Shown: positions 19,792-30,417, counted from the stretch's first letter. The stretch: 64,000 nt of DNA from a candidate division FCPU426 bacterium (GCA_963840035.1 CAWIXE010000001.1:640001-704000), one strand, 5' to 3'. The notes: generated from the sequence alone by a model not told the origin. Numbers and translations are program-made.

Positions 19792-20529
19792 ATGAAAAAA
19801 CTGATTGTACTATCTTTATTGTTACTCATGCCTGTTATCGCTTTTTGCGGCTTTATAAAGGGCGGGCAGGAAGAGACTGCGAGAAAACTGGCAGACAAGG
19901 ACGAAACACCGGTTGTTTTCTTTGACCCGGGCACGGGGGACGCGAAAGGTTACATAATGTACGCGGACATAAACGGCGACGGGAATCAGGAAAAGATCAT
20001 ACCATACAGGATAAGGAAACCCATAGAGCGCATAGAAGCCACGGCAGACATTTATCCGCAGATCCTCTCGGTGGATGTGGTGACAGGGGACAAGAAATTT
20101 AAGGGCTTTTTCGAAGTGGAGCTTGCCTATAACCACACCCCGAAAGTATACCTGGCTTCAAAAGCCATAAAAGAAGGGGAACTTCCGAAAGTATTCCTCA
20201 TGGTATCAGACGGCATAAAGAAAAAGGATTTAAAACTTACCCTCATGTATAACAGCTATGACAAGGCGGACAAGAAAAGGGAACAGAAGGTATTTGAAAC
20301 GGACAAGATGCCCTTTGAGCTCATACTATACCAGTTCGACAAATCAGAGCCGACCATAACGGAGTTTGACATAAACTACGAGCAGAACTACGGCAAGTTC
20401 TACATAAGGCCTTTGGACGGACCGGAAAAGACGGTAAGGGTCTCGGAAGGGGCCATGAAGAAGTTTGAGGAAGAACTGAAGAAGTATAGGAATGATATAT
20501 TTTTCGAGTATGACGAACCGGAAAAATAA
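19792..20529 (+). CDS. Secreted hypothetical protein (DxNGDG motif)
   Basis: Signal peptide, RBS; paralog of 20763-21548. Confidence 0.75.
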   Translation: MKKLIVLSLLLLMPVIAFCGFIKGGQEETARKLADKDETPVVFFDPGTGDAKGYIMYADINGDGNQEKIIPYRIRKPIERIEATADIYPQILSVDVVTGDKKFKGFFEVELAYNHTPKVYLASKAIKEGELPKVFLMVSDGIKKKDLKLTLMYNSYDKADKKREQKVFETDKMPFELILYQFDKSEPTITEFDINYEQNYGKFYIRPLDGPEKTVRVSEGAMKKFEEELKKYRNDIFFEYDEPEK

Positions 20530-20762
20530 AGGCCTCAGAAATCACCCTCTTGAGATGCGATTGCGACCAAAGGGAGCAAACATTAAATAAATATTTTTAC
20601 CTCTCATCTTGTCGCGCTATGCACGACATCCCTCTTTCTGAGACAAAGAGGGACGATTACTGGAGGCGGTTTGGCGTGGAGGCGGATGGGCGTTCGGGAT
20701 TGATATCCCTGTAGGGGCCGCCCCATGTGGCGGCCCGCAACGCATGGAAGTAGGTTAAATGA

Positions 20763-21548
20763 ATGAAGGGGAAAATGAAAACAAAAATTTCGTTTATTCT
20801 TTTTTTAGTTTTGACATTCCCGTTATTTATATATGCTATCAATCAAGATACTGACATGGCAATAGCTTTAAAATATGCGGACAAAGATGAAACGCCTGTT
20901 GGATATTATGATGTTGAAAAAGGATTTATGGGATATGCTTTAAAAGCAAACTTGGACGGCAAAGATGGAGATGAGTATATAATACCGTATACAAAAAAAT
21001 CACAAAAACCAAGCAAACACTCGAAAATCATTTACTCTCATTACAAAGAATATTGTTTAACCACAGTATGCCTTATTGTTAGGGGCAAAAGGAAAGAGAT
21101 ATATTCATTTACCGACCAAATCAACCCGATGAAATGTCCAAAAATATATATGACCGTAGAAGGCTTGATTAAAGAAAAATTGCCAGTGCTATTCATTACG
21201 GATAATTCTTGGGAAGGATCAAACGGCGTGACGAATATAGTTGGCATTTGTGCCGGATTATATGAAGATGTTTTTCCAGGGCAGGAAATAAAAGACAACA
21301 GCGTGTACCTGTATATCGAAAATATAGAATCCATGTTGATTCCATGGGAATATATATTCCATCAATTCGACAGCAAATCAGTGACTTATAATTCTTTTGT
21401 TAGAGATGGACCAAATATTTGTTTTGATGTGCGGGGATTGACTAAGGGAACAGTTGTTGGTCAAAAATCAATTGACAAGGAAAAGCTTGCTGAATTTCAA
21501 AAAATAGTTGACTATTATTACCATGGAAAAAATATTAGGAAGAAGTAG
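20763..21548 (+). CDS. Secreted hypothetical protein, AT-rich paralog of upstream gene
   Basis: Shares ADKDETPV...GY...A...G....E.IIPY and ..QFD motifs; start may be 20775. Confidence 0.7.
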   Translation: MKGKMKTKISFILFLVLTFPLFIYAINQDTDMAIALKYADKDETPVGYYDVEKGFMGYALKANLDGKDGDEYIIPYTKKSQKPSKHSKIIYSHYKEYCLTTVCLIVRGKRKEIYSFTDQINPMKCPKIYMTVEGLIKEKLPVLFITDNSWEGSNGVTNIVGICAGLYEDVFPGQEIKDNSVYLYIENIESMLIPWEYIFHQFDSKSVTYNSFVRDGPNICFDVRGLTKGTVVGQKSIDKEKLAEFQKIVDYYYHGKNIRKK

Positions 21549-21790
21549 AGCCGCTGCTTGCTGCGGCTCAAGGAAGGATTTTGTAGTCGCAGGCCTGCGT
21601 TTCACCGGCCTGCGCCTAGATTAGGAATTGATATTCGCAAACCAATGACAGTCCACCCACCCGGCGCGCGCACCCCGATGAGGCGAAGGGGTGCGACTAC
21701 CAGGGATAAATATGTATTAAGGGTCAAAAACTAAAACCGGGCGAGCCACCGGCTCACCCCTACGAGAACAGGGCGGTTTGTTTTGTCTTC
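21545..21790. repeat. REP mosaic including a single copy of the 146-bp-array doublet (21583-21700)
   Basis: Direct sequence match to array units and to 23024-23078. Confidence 0.85.
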
Positions 21791-21856
21791 TTACAAAAAA
21801 CAAAAGCGGGCTTTTCAGCCCGCCCTTGTAATTATCTTAAAACTTCAAACTTAAAA

Positions 21857-22279
21857 CTATTTTTGCTCTGCCTTTATCTTATTTATATACGCCTCGTACG
21901 CTGTTTTGCCTTCGGCTTTCCAGTAGTCCTCGTAGTACTTCCAGTTCCTGTAATCGCCGTTGGGCGCCCAGTCGTCGTGGGACCAGTTACCGCGCCATTT
22001 CCAGTGTTTGCGCGCGTGATTGTGGTGCTTGCCCCAGTGGCCGCTTCCAAAGAGTATTTTTGCCAGCACCAGGATGCCTACAGCCTGCCAGAAGGTCAGT
22101 AACTTTAAACCAAAGAGCCCCGGCATGAGCCAGTTCCACAGCGACATTACAACCCAGCCGCCTCCGAAGATAAAGGCCGCTATACCCAGCGGTATGAAGA
22201 TTGCCATTGCTATGTACTTTACAAACCTTGGTACTTCCGAGAAGTGCCTTCCGTGATAATCCGTTTCGTTTTCATGCAT
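21857..22279 (-). CDS. Small membrane protein (LWNWLMP.LFGL..LTFWQA.G family)
   Basis: Conserved-looking motif, His/Trp-rich tail; overlaps sigma gene. Confidence 0.8.
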   Translation of the reverse strand: MHENETDYHGRHFSEVPRFVKYIAMAIFIPLGIAAFIFGGGWVVMSLWNWLMPGLFGLKLLTFWQAVGILVLAKILFGSGHWGKHHNHARKHWKWRGNWSHDDWAPNGDYRNWKYYEDYWKAEGKTAYEAYINKIKAEQK

Positions 22280-22817
22280 GACTTATCCCTCCTTTTAAGA
22301 GAATGTTTTTTATTTTTTCCACGGCGCGCGCTTTGCGTGAGAGCAGCGTGCCTATGGGTTCGTCCCACTCTTCCACGAGTTCCCTGAAAGATATGTCCTC
22401 AAATTCTGTGGCAATGACAACTTCACGTTCTTCCTCGCTTAAGGTCCCCATGGCGTAGTGAAAGGCTGCCATGAACTCCTTGCTTTCAAGCCCGCCGTCA
22501 GCTGTTTCTTTTGACCGCAATACTGCCAGCAGGGAAAGGCCGTTGTCCTGCGATACCTCGTCAAGCGAGAGGTCGTCCTTTCTTTTCCTCATCATATCCA
22601 CTATCCTGTTCCTTATAGCCGTATATATATAGGAGGAGAGTTTCTCAAGGGGGATGTTAAGGTCAGCTGATTCATACAGCCTTAACATCACATCCTGAAC
22701 GATATCCTCGGCGTCCCGGGATGAACCGTCGACAAGTTTCTGCCTTACGAAGTTAACCATCCTCTTATATTCCCTGGTAAAAAAGCCGGCTATGCCGGTC
22801 TTTACTGCCTTTTCCAT
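22272..22817 (-). CDS. ECF RNA polymerase sigma factor
   Basis: DAEDIVQDV, YIYTAIRNRIVD, region 4 SFRELVEEWDEPIGTLLSRKARA. Confidence 0.9.
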   Translation of the reverse strand: MEKAVKTGIAGFFTREYKRMVNFVRQKLVDGSSRDAEDIVQDVMLRLYESADLNIPLEKLSSYIYTAIRNRIVDMMRKRKDDLSLDEVSQDNGLSLLAVLRSKETADGGLESKEFMAAFHYAMGTLSEEEREVVIATEFEDISFRELVEEWDEPIGTLLSRKARAVEKIKNILLKGGISHA

Positions 22818-23025
22818 GGTGCTCCTTGTTTAAGAGTAATAAAGAATGGTTGCGATTATGAGGCTTATGTACTTTTTAGTATCTGTTTTTTTTCTCTTGG
22901 TTATTGCCTGTTTGCGCCGTTTATTTGCTTTCATACAGTTATAGACGTTATAGTTCTGGTTTTATTGCAATTGATTTAATGAATTTTGTCAAAAAATTGC
23001 AGGCGTTTAAATCAAGGTCTAAATC

Positions 23026-23103
23026 CGGGCGAGCCACCGGCTCGCCCCTACGAGAACAGGGCGGTTTGTATTGTCTTCGTAGGGGCGAGCCGGTGGCTCG
23101 CCC
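23026..23103. repeat. REP pair GTAGGGGCGAGCCGGTGGCTCGCCC
   Basis: Two inverted copies. Confidence 0.85.
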
Positions 23104-23116
23104 GGTATTTGTTTTC

Positions 23117-24424
23117 GTAGTCGCAGGCCTTCGGTTCACCGGCCTGCGTCTAGTTACGGCATTGATAGACGCAAACCGACGACAGTCCACCCACCCGGCG
23201 CGCGCACCCCGATGAAGCGAAGGGGTGCGACTACCATCGTTAAACAGTCTGAGTTGGTATTTGTAGTCGCAGGCCTTCGGTTCACCGGCCTGCGCCTACA
23301 TGAGGTATTGATAGACGCAAACCGACGACAGTCCACCCACCCGGCGCGCGCACCCCGATGAAGCGAAGGGGTGCGACTACCATCGTTAAACAGTCTGAGT
23401 TGGTATTTGTAGTCGCAGGCCTTCGGTTCACCGGCCTGCGTCTAGTTACGGCATTGATAGACGCAAACCGACGGACAGTCCACCCACCCGGCGCGCGCAC
23501 CCCGATGAAGCGAAGGGGTGCGACTACCATCGTTAAACAGTCTGAGTTGGTATTTGTAGTCGCAGGCCTTCGGTTCACCGGCCTGCGTCTAGTTACGGCA
23601 TTGATAGACGCAAACCGACGACAGTCCACCCACCCGGCGCGCGCACCCCGATGAAGCGAAGGGGTGCGACTACCATCGTTAAACAGTCTGAGTTGGTATT
23701 TGTAGTCGCAGGCCTTCGATCCACCGGCCTGCGCCTACATGAGGTATTGATAGACGCAAACCGACGACAGTCCACCCACCCGGCGCGCGCACCCCGATGA
23801 AGCGAAGGGGTGCGACTACCATCGTTAAACAGTCTGAGTTGGTATTTGTAGTCGCAGGCCTTCGATCCACCGGCCTGCGTCTAGTTACGGCATTGATAGA
23901 CGCAAACCGACGACAGTCCACCCACCCGGCGCGCGCACCCCGATGAAGCGAAGGGGTGCGACTACCATCGTTAAACAGTCTGAGTTGGTATTTGTAGTCG
24001 CAGGCCTTCGGTTCACCGGCCTGCGTCTAGTTACGGCATTGATAGACGCAAACCGACGACAGTCCACCCACCCGGCGCGCGCACCCCGATGAAGCGAAGG
24101 GGTGCGACTACCATCGTTAAACAGTCTGAGTTGGTATTTGTAGTCGCAGGCCTTCGATCCACCGGCCTGCGCCTACATGAGGTATTGATAGACGCAAACC
24201 GACGACAGTTCCCCCACCCGGCGTGTGCACCCCGATGAAGCGAAGGGGTGCGACTACCATCGTTAAACAGTCTGAGTTGGTATTTGTAGTCGCAGGCCTT
24301 CGGTTCACCGGCCTGCGTCTAGTTACGGCATTGATAGACGCAAACCGACGACAGTCCACCCACCCGGCGCGCGCACCCCGATGAAGCGAAGGGGTGCGAC
24401 TACCATCGTTTAACAGTCTGAGTT
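23117..24424. repeat. Tandem array of 9 x 146-bp REP-doublet (BIME-like) units
   Basis: Units start at 23117, 23263, 23409, 23556, 23702, 23848, 23994, 24140, 24286; each has GTAGTCGCAGGCC..GGCCTGCG and an inverted GTAGTCGCACCCC..GGGGTGCG. Confidence 0.97.
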
Positions 24425-24463
24425 CTACGGTGTTATTAGTAATTGGTAATTCGTAATTAGTAA

Positions 24464-25078
24464 TTAAAACAGCTCCGTTTTCAGATCCTCTAAAAACTTC
24501 CCCGTGAACTTTTTGTTCTTATACTTCTCCACCACCCACGTGCTCCACATATCCGCGTAGTGTATTAATAAGGTGAGGGGATAGGGGTCGCTTTTGATGT
24601 CGTCCCAGGCAGGGACAAAGGGGCCGTCGTGGTAGGCGATCGCCTGGAGCTCGTCCTGAGTTAAATCAACGAATTTGGATACCAACAATGCTGATTTATG
24701 GCCTCCGCCGTAGCCTAACTGTTTTGTGTTCCAGAAGTAGGGCTGTTTGTCGGAAGTGGAGGTGTTATTTTTATCATATGTGCTGTTGCCGAAGCCGTCC
24801 GTTACCTTGTGGGCGTCGTGGAAGAGGGCGCACAGGATGATGGATTCCTCGCTTTTATCGGGCATTAACTGCTCCCTTAATTTAAGCGCCAGTTTTGCCA
24901 CGCCTACCTGGTGGATGATAAGCCCGCCTTCTATGCACAGGTGGTATTTGGTGGATGCAGGGGCCTTAAAAAGGCCGTGTTTTTCGAGGTAGGCTGAGAG
25001 CTCTTTTACGCCTTTACGGGCTGAGATTTTTGATAGAAGTTCGGCATAGTCTGTTTTTGCTTTTTCAAGGTCTGTCAT
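24464..25078 (-). CDS. HD-domain phosphohydrolase (YhaM-HD/phage-like)
   Basis: FKAPASTKYH....GGL..H, ALFHDAHK, AIAYHDG, IHYADM; RBS GGAGG. Confidence 0.85.
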   Translation of the reverse strand: MTDLEKAKTDYAELLSKISARKGVKELSAYLEKHGLFKAPASTKYHLCIEGGLIIHQVGVAKLALKLREQLMPDKSEESIILCALFHDAHKVTDGFGNSTYDKNNTSTSDKQPYFWNTKQLGYGGGHKSALLVSKFVDLTQDELQAIAYHDGPFVPAWDDIKSDPYPLTLLIHYADMWSTWVVEKYKNKKFTGKFLEDLKTELF

Positions 25079-25144
25079 GTGGGTCCCTCCTGTTTTTATC
25101 GGTGATGGGTTAATAATACACGAAAGGGGGAGGGGTGTCAAAAG

Positions 25145-25468
25145 TAAAAGGCGTTCGGAGGGTGGAGGGTGGGGTTCGAAGTTCGAACTAAAACTTTGAA
25201 CGCCCTATCATCCCCCAGATAGGAGGGTGGGGTTCGAAGTTCGAACTAAAACTTCGAACGCCCTATCATCCCCCAGGTAGGAGGGTGGGGTTCGAAGTTC
25301 GAACTAAAACTTTGAACGCCCTATCATCCCCCAGGTAGGAGGGTGGGGTTCGAAGTTCGAACTAAAACTTTGAACGCCCTATCATCCCCCAGATAGGAGG
25401 GTGGGGTTCGAAGTTCGAACTAAAACTTCGAACGCCATATCATCCCTCCACCCTCCGAACGCCTTTTA
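25145..25468. repeat. 5 x 58-bp tandem repeat bounded by perfect 25-bp terminal inverted repeats
   Basis: TAAAAGGCGTTCGGAGGGTGGAGGG...CCCTCCACCCTCCGAACGCCTTTTA; units at 25164, 25222, 25280, 25338, 25396. Confidence 0.92.
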
Positions 25469-25708
25469 TTGTTATCTACCTGCCAATACCTTTATCAAGA
25501 AAAATAGTGTAAGGTCTACCTAACATAGTGAATACCACTAACCACAAGGGGTTTGAGCCCTTGTGGTGGTGGTTTTGAATTATAGCCTTATAAATAAGGG
25601 GTAAATCAGCCTGTTAGCATATATATAAAAAGGGATGGTTAATCTAACACTTTAACAAAGCTTATATAGTCAAAAACTACCATAAATTAAGGGCTTTCGG
25701 ATGAAAAA

Positions 25709-25840
25709 GCACAATATATAGCGTAAACAAAGGGTTTAATGCAACTAAACATACTATATATATGAAAAAATATCCGTTGACAATATTGGCTGCATACCAT
25801 ATATTGTGGACAAGCGGAAAAAAAATACTACATATACGGT
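25709..25840 (+). promoter_or_regulatory. NrdR boxes and promoter of nrdD
   Basis: GCACAATATATAGCGT (25709), ATACCATATATTGTGG (25794), ATACTACATATACGGT (25825; 31 bp from previous box); TTGACA 25777 / TATATT 25800. Confidence 0.7.
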
Positions 25841-25910
25841 TTTTAATCTTGACTTTTCTAAAAAACTCGACTAAAATGCGCCGCATAAAAAATTAAGGAG
25901 GAGTGAGGGA

Positions 25911-27953
25911 ATGAACAAAGTTGGCTATATCAGGAAGCGCGACGGCCGCATTGACGCATTTGACTTAAACAAAATAACAGAGGCTATTTTCAAGGCATTC
26001 AAGGCAAACAATAACTATGAGAAAGACAAGGCTGACAAGATATCCGAGCAGGTATCCTCCATCCTAAACGTAATCTATAAGGATGGCAAAGTGCCTTCCG
26101 TAGAAAACGTCCAGGACCTCGTAGAAACCACCCTCATTAACAACGGTCTGACTAACATCGCGAAATCATACATCCTATACCGTGACCAGCACGCAAAGAT
26201 GAGGGACGTAAAAAACCTCCTTAATGATTCCACCACCTTAATCGACGATTATATAAGGATGATAGACTGGCGCATAAAAGAAAATTCAAACATGTCTTAC
26301 TCGCTCCAGGGTTTAAACAACCACGTATCGTCGATTGTCACATCCATGTACTGGCTTAATAAGATCTACACGCCTGAAGTCAAGCAGGCGCACACTGACG
26401 GTTCGCTGCACCTTCATGACCTCGGGCTGCTTTCCGTTTACTGCTGCGGCTGGGACTTAAAGGACCTTTTATTCCGCGGCTTCGGAGGCGTGGAAGGGAA
26501 GATAGAATCAGCGCCGCCCGCGCATTTTGAGTCCGCGCTCGGCCAGATAGTGAATTTCTTTTACACGCTCCAGGGAGAGGCAGCCGGAGCGCAGGCGTTC
26601 GCGAACTTTGACACGCTGCTCGCGCCGTTTATCCGCTACAACCAGCTTCCCTTTGAGGACGTAAAACGCGCCATGAGGCGTTTCATATTTAACATGAACA
26701 TCCCGACCAGGGTAGGATTCCAGACTCCTTTTACCAACATCACCATGGACCTTACAGTCCCGGCAAACATGAAGGACGAAGCCGTTATAATCGGCGGCGA
26801 GATACAGGACTCCACATACGGCGAATACCAGGAAGAAATGTACCTGATAAACCGCGCCTTTGCCGAAGTCATGCTTGAAGGCGACGCCAAGGGAAGGATT
26901 TTCACCTTCCCGATACCCACATACAACATCACAAAAGATTTTGACTGGGACAATAAAGAAATGGAACCGGTATGGGAAATGACCGCAAAGTACGGCATAC
27001 CGTATTTCGCGAACTTTGTTAATTCCGACATGAAGCCTGAGGACGCGCGCTCTATGTGCTGCAGGCTCCGTCTTGACAACAGGGAACTGCGCAAACGCGG
27101 CGGCGGGCTTTTCGGATCGAACCCTCTTACAGGCTCCATAGGAGTGGTCACCATAAACATGCCGAGGCTCGGATTTAAACATAAGGGAAATAAAGAAGCT
27201 TTTTACGCGGAGCTGACATATCTGATGGACATCGCGAAAGAATCGCTTGAGATAAAAAGAAAAATGCTTGAAAAACTCACGGATCAGGGACTTTACCCGT
27301 ACTCCAAGCACTACCTCGGAGGAATCAGGGAAAGGGAAGGCGTGTACTGGAAGAATCATTTCTCCACCGTGGGCCTGATCGGAATGAATGAAGCATGCAT
27401 TAATTATATGGATAAGGACATAACCACGGAAGACGGCACTGCTTTTACAAAAGAAGTGCTCGACTTCATGAGGAACCGCCTCATAGATTATCAGAACGAG
27501 ACAGGAGACCTGTACAACCTCGAAGCCACGCCCGGCGAAGGCACTTCATACAGGCTGGCCAAGATTGACAAGGAAAAATATCCGGAGATAAAGGCCATGG
27601 GCGCCAAGACCCCGTACTACACGAACTCCACACAGCTGCCCGTGTACCACACGCGCGACGTATTCCGCGCGCTCGAGCACCAGGACCCGCTCCAGACAAG
27701 GTATACAGGAGGCACGGTATTCCACATATTCCTGGGCGAGAGGCTTACATCCATTGAAGCCACAAAGAACCTTGTCAGGGGAGTATCGGAAAGGTTCCAC
27801 CTGCCGTATTATTCCATCACGCCGACATTCTCGGTGTGCCCGGTGCACGGCTACATAGCGGGAGAGCATTTTGACTGCCCAGTGTGCAGGACCGACAAGG
27901 AAGAGGAACTGAAAAAAGAGATAGAAAAGATAGAAGCGCAGCTGACCTGCTAA
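25911..27953 (+). CDS. nrdD: Class III anaerobic ribonucleoside-triphosphate reductase large subunit (ATP cone; lacks glycyl-radical loop)
   Basis: IRKRDGR..F ATP cone, HLHDL..YCCG, SMCCRL, EATPGEG, YYTNS, YTGGTVFH, CPVHG...CPVC. Confidence 0.95.
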   Translation: MNKVGYIRKRDGRIDAFDLNKITEAIFKAFKANNNYEKDKADKISEQVSSILNVIYKDGKVPSVENVQDLVETTLINNGLTNIAKSYILYRDQHAKMRDVKNLLNDSTTLIDDYIRMIDWRIKENSNMSYSLQGLNNHVSSIVTSMYWLNKIYTPEVKQAHTDGSLHLHDLGLLSVYCCGWDLKDLLFRGFGGVEGKIESAPPAHFESALGQIVNFFYTLQGEAAGAQAFANFDTLLAPFIRYNQLPFEDVKRAMRRFIFNMNIPTRVGFQTPFTNITMDLTVPANMKDEAVIIGGEIQDSTYGEYQEEMYLINRAFAEVMLEGDAKGRIFTFPIPTYNITKDFDWDNKEMEPVWEMTAKYGIPYFANFVNSDMKPEDARSMCCRLRLDNRELRKRGGGLFGSNPLTGSIGVVTINMPRLGFKHKGNKEAFYAELTYLMDIAKESLEIKRKMLEKLTDQGLYPYSKHYLGGIREREGVYWKNHFSTVGLIGMNEACINYMDKDITTEDGTAFTKEVLDFMRNRLIDYQNETGDLYNLEATPGEGTSYRLAKIDKEKYPEIKAMGAKTPYYTNSTQLPVYHTRDVFRALEHQDPLQTRYTGGTVFHIFLGERLTSIEATKNLVRGVSERFHLPYYSITPTFSVCPVHGYIAGEHFDCPVCRTDKEEELKKEIEKIEAQLTC

Positions 27954-28026
27954 AGAGCGGCAAATAATCGGCCAAAGCCGATAAAAGATAAAATTAAAAA
28001 ATCATATTTTTACGAGGAGGCAAAAG

Positions 28027-28242
28027 ATGGCGGAAAGATCAGAACTTATGATGAAGCTCGAGGAATTAAAGGGCGAGCTGGCAGGAGTCAAAGGAACGGA
28101 ATGCGAAGTGTACTCGAGGATAGTGGGTTACTTCAGGCCGGTCAAGCAGTGGAACAACGGCAAGCAGGAAGAGTACGCCGACAGGGTAACATTCGAAGCA
28201 AAAGTACCGGAAGAAGCAACTGCAGCTGTCAGGATACAGTAA
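28027..28242 (+). CDS. Stand-alone NrdD glycyl-radical domain
   Basis: CEVYSRIVGYFRPVKQWNNGKQEEY; own RBS GAGGAGG. Confidence 0.9.
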   Translation: MAERSELMMKLEELKGELAGVKGTECEVYSRIVGYFRPVKQWNNGKQEEYADRVTFEAKVPEEATAAVRIQ

Positions 28243-28377
28243 TATATAAGATATGCGATAGACGATATTAGATATAAGGCGCAAAGCTTTATAATGTATC
28301 GTATATCGCATATTGTATTTTTTAAGGTTTATATCTAATTTCCAATATCACATATCAAATATAACAGGGGCTAAAAA

Positions 28378-29079
28378 ATGCGTATTAACGGCTTTGAAGG
28401 GGTTTCCTTAATAGATTTTCCGGGAACGGTCTGTTCCATAGTCTACACGTCGCCGTGCAATTTCAAATGCCCGTTCTGCCACAACCCCGACCTCATAAGC
28501 ATAAATGAAGACACAATCGGCGAACCGCAGGTAATATCGGAGATAGCCGAGAGGGCCGGTTTTATTGCCGGAGTTACAATTACCGGGGGAGAGCCTCTTT
28601 TACAGGAAGACATCGGGCTGTTCCTGAAAATATTAAAGGACATGAAGCTTAAGGTTAAGCTTGACACCAACGGCTACATGCCTGACAAACTAAAATCCCT
28701 CATGGATAAAAAGCTGGTCGATTACGTAGCCATGGATATAAAGTCATCCCCTGACAAATATCAGTTTGCCTGCGGCATTAAGACAGACTTAAGCAGGATA
28801 AAAGAATCAATAGCGCTTATTAAAGAAAGCGGCATAGACTATGAATTCAGGACCACGGCAGTGCCAAACCTGGTGGAACCGGGCGATATCCCGAAAATAG
28901 GCGAACTTATATCTGGCGCGAAGATGTTTTCGCTCCAGCAGTTCCGCAACACCAACACATATGACGAACTATACAAAAAGATAACCCCGTACACCGAGGC
29001 AAAACTCGAGGAATTCGCCGAGGAGCTAAGGCTCTACGCGGACAAAGTAAGGGTCCTAAACACCGCCGCCCTGGCGTAA
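28378..29079 (+). CDS. nrdG: Anaerobic RNR activating radical-SAM protein
   Basis: [34 protein letters not shown]. Confidence 0.92.
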   Translation: MRINGFEGVSLIDFPGTVCSIVYTSPCNFKCPFCHNPDLISINEDTIGEPQVISEIAERAGFIAGVTITGGEPLLQEDIGLFLKILKDMKLKVKLDTNGYMPDKLKSLMDKKLVDYVAMDIKSSPDKYQFACGIKTDLSRIKESIALIKESGIDYEFRTTAVPNLVEPGDIPKIGELISGAKMFSLQQFRNTNTYDELYKKITPYTEAKLEEFAEELRLYADKVRVLNTAALA

Positions 29080-29183
29080 AGAAGCATAAGGATATAGCGA
29101 TATTTTTATGGAAATACCCCCACCCCTGTGATATAATTTCCGATATTAATTCAGTAAAAATATTTCCCCCCAAGGAGGAAAAA

Positions 29184-30368
29184 ATGGAAATAAAAGAAGG
29201 GCTTTTTACCTCGGAATCCGTAACAGCTGGGCATCCTGACAAGGTGGCGGACCAGATATCCGACGCCGTGCTGGATTATATTTACGCCAATGACCCGATG
29301 GGCCGCGTGGCATGCGAAACACTTCTTGCCAAGGAACTCGTGGTTGTAGCCGGAGAAATCACCACAAAGACAAAACTTGACCACGCCATTATTGAAAAAA
29401 TAGTAAGGAAGACATTAAAACAGATAGGATATACCACGCCGGAATCCGGAATCGGAGCCGACACATGCAAAATCATAACGTCTGTCTCAAAACAGTCGCC
29501 TGACATAGCCATGGGAGTCGACCGCGAAGGCGCCGGGGACCAGGGTATGATGTTCGGTTACGCTTCAAACGAGACCAAGGAATTCATGCCGCTTCCGATA
29601 ATTCTCGCCCACAGGCTCGTGGAAAAACTCCACGAAGTCAGGGAGAAAAAGCTTGTGCCTTACTTAAGGCCGGACGGCAAGTCGCAGGTATCAGTGGAAT
29701 ATAAAAAAGGAAAGCCCGTCGGCATCACTGCCATAGTGCTTTCGACCCAGCATGACGAGACAGTATCAGACGACCACTTCAGGATAGAGCAGGATATGAA
29801 AAGGCTCGTCATAGACAAAGTAATCCCTAAAAATCTTATCACATCAAAGACAAAAATATACGTCAACCCGACAGGCAAGTTCGAAGTCGGGGGCCCGATG
29901 GGCGACACAGGGGTAACAGGAAGAAAGATCATCGTCGATACATACGGCGGGATGGGCAGGCACGGCGGCGGAGCGTTCTCAGGCAAGGATCCGTCGAAGG
30001 TTGACCGCTCGGCGGCGTACATGGCGCGCTACATAGCCAAAAACGTAGTGGCAGCGAAGCTCGCGGACAAATGCGAAGTACAGCTTTCCTACGCCATCGG
30101 CGTGGCAGACCCGACATCGGTCATGGTAAACACCTTCGGAACAGGAAAATTTCCTGAGGCAAAAATATCAGCGGCCGTTTCGGCCGTATTTAACATGACA
30201 CCGCGCGGAATCATGGAGACCTTGAACCTCCGCAGGCCCATATACCAGAAATCAGCGGCTTACGGGCACTTCGGCAGGACAGAAAAAGAATTCACATGGG
30301 AACACATTGATAAAGTCGCGGCACTTAAGAAAGCCATGAAGGCGAAGGTTAAGAAAACAATAATATAA
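29184..30368 (+). CDS. metK: S-adenosylmethionine synthetase
   Basis: [26 protein letters not shown]. Confidence 0.97.
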   Translation: MEIKEGLFTSESVTAGHPDKVADQISDAVLDYIYANDPMGRVACETLLAKELVVVAGEITTKTKLDHAIIEKIVRKTLKQIGYTTPESGIGADTCKIITSVSKQSPDIAMGVDREGAGDQGMMFGYASNETKEFMPLPIILAHRLVEKLHEVREKKLVPYLRPDGKSQVSVEYKKGKPVGITAIVLSTQHDETVSDDHFRIEQDMKRLVIDKVIPKNLITSKTKIYVNPTGKFEVGGPMGDTGVTGRKIIVDTYGGMGRHGGGAFSGKDPSKVDRSAAYMARYIAKNVVAAKLADKCEVQLSYAIGVADPTSVMVNTFGTGKFPEAKISAAVSAVFNMTPRGIMETLNLRRPIYQKSAAYGHFGRTEKEFTWEHIDKVAALKKAMKAKVKKTII

Positions 30369-30417
30369 CTTGCAGGGACAGCGCTCCCGCACTGTCCGCA
30401 CAGTTAATGGAGGCAAG

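Noticed and set aside
23200..23235. Hammerhead ribozyme in the array unit (CCGATGAAGCGAA)
   Set aside because: Core is not CUGAUGA...GAAA; the sequence is explained as the loop of the inverted REP
23117..24424. CRISPR array or repeat-encoded proteins (MDCRRFASIN... ORFs)
   Set aside because: No unique spacers and no cas genes; the ORFs are frame-shifting by-products of a 146-bp unit with no RBS
27953..28027. Intron or programmed frameshift joining the nrdD parts
   Set aside because: Gap is only 73 bp with no intron structure; the downstream ORF has its own strong RBS and ATG
30369..30417. SAH/SAM riboswitch upstream of ahcY
   Set aside because: Only a short GGACAG/CTGTCC hairpin; SAH consensus elements are not recognisable
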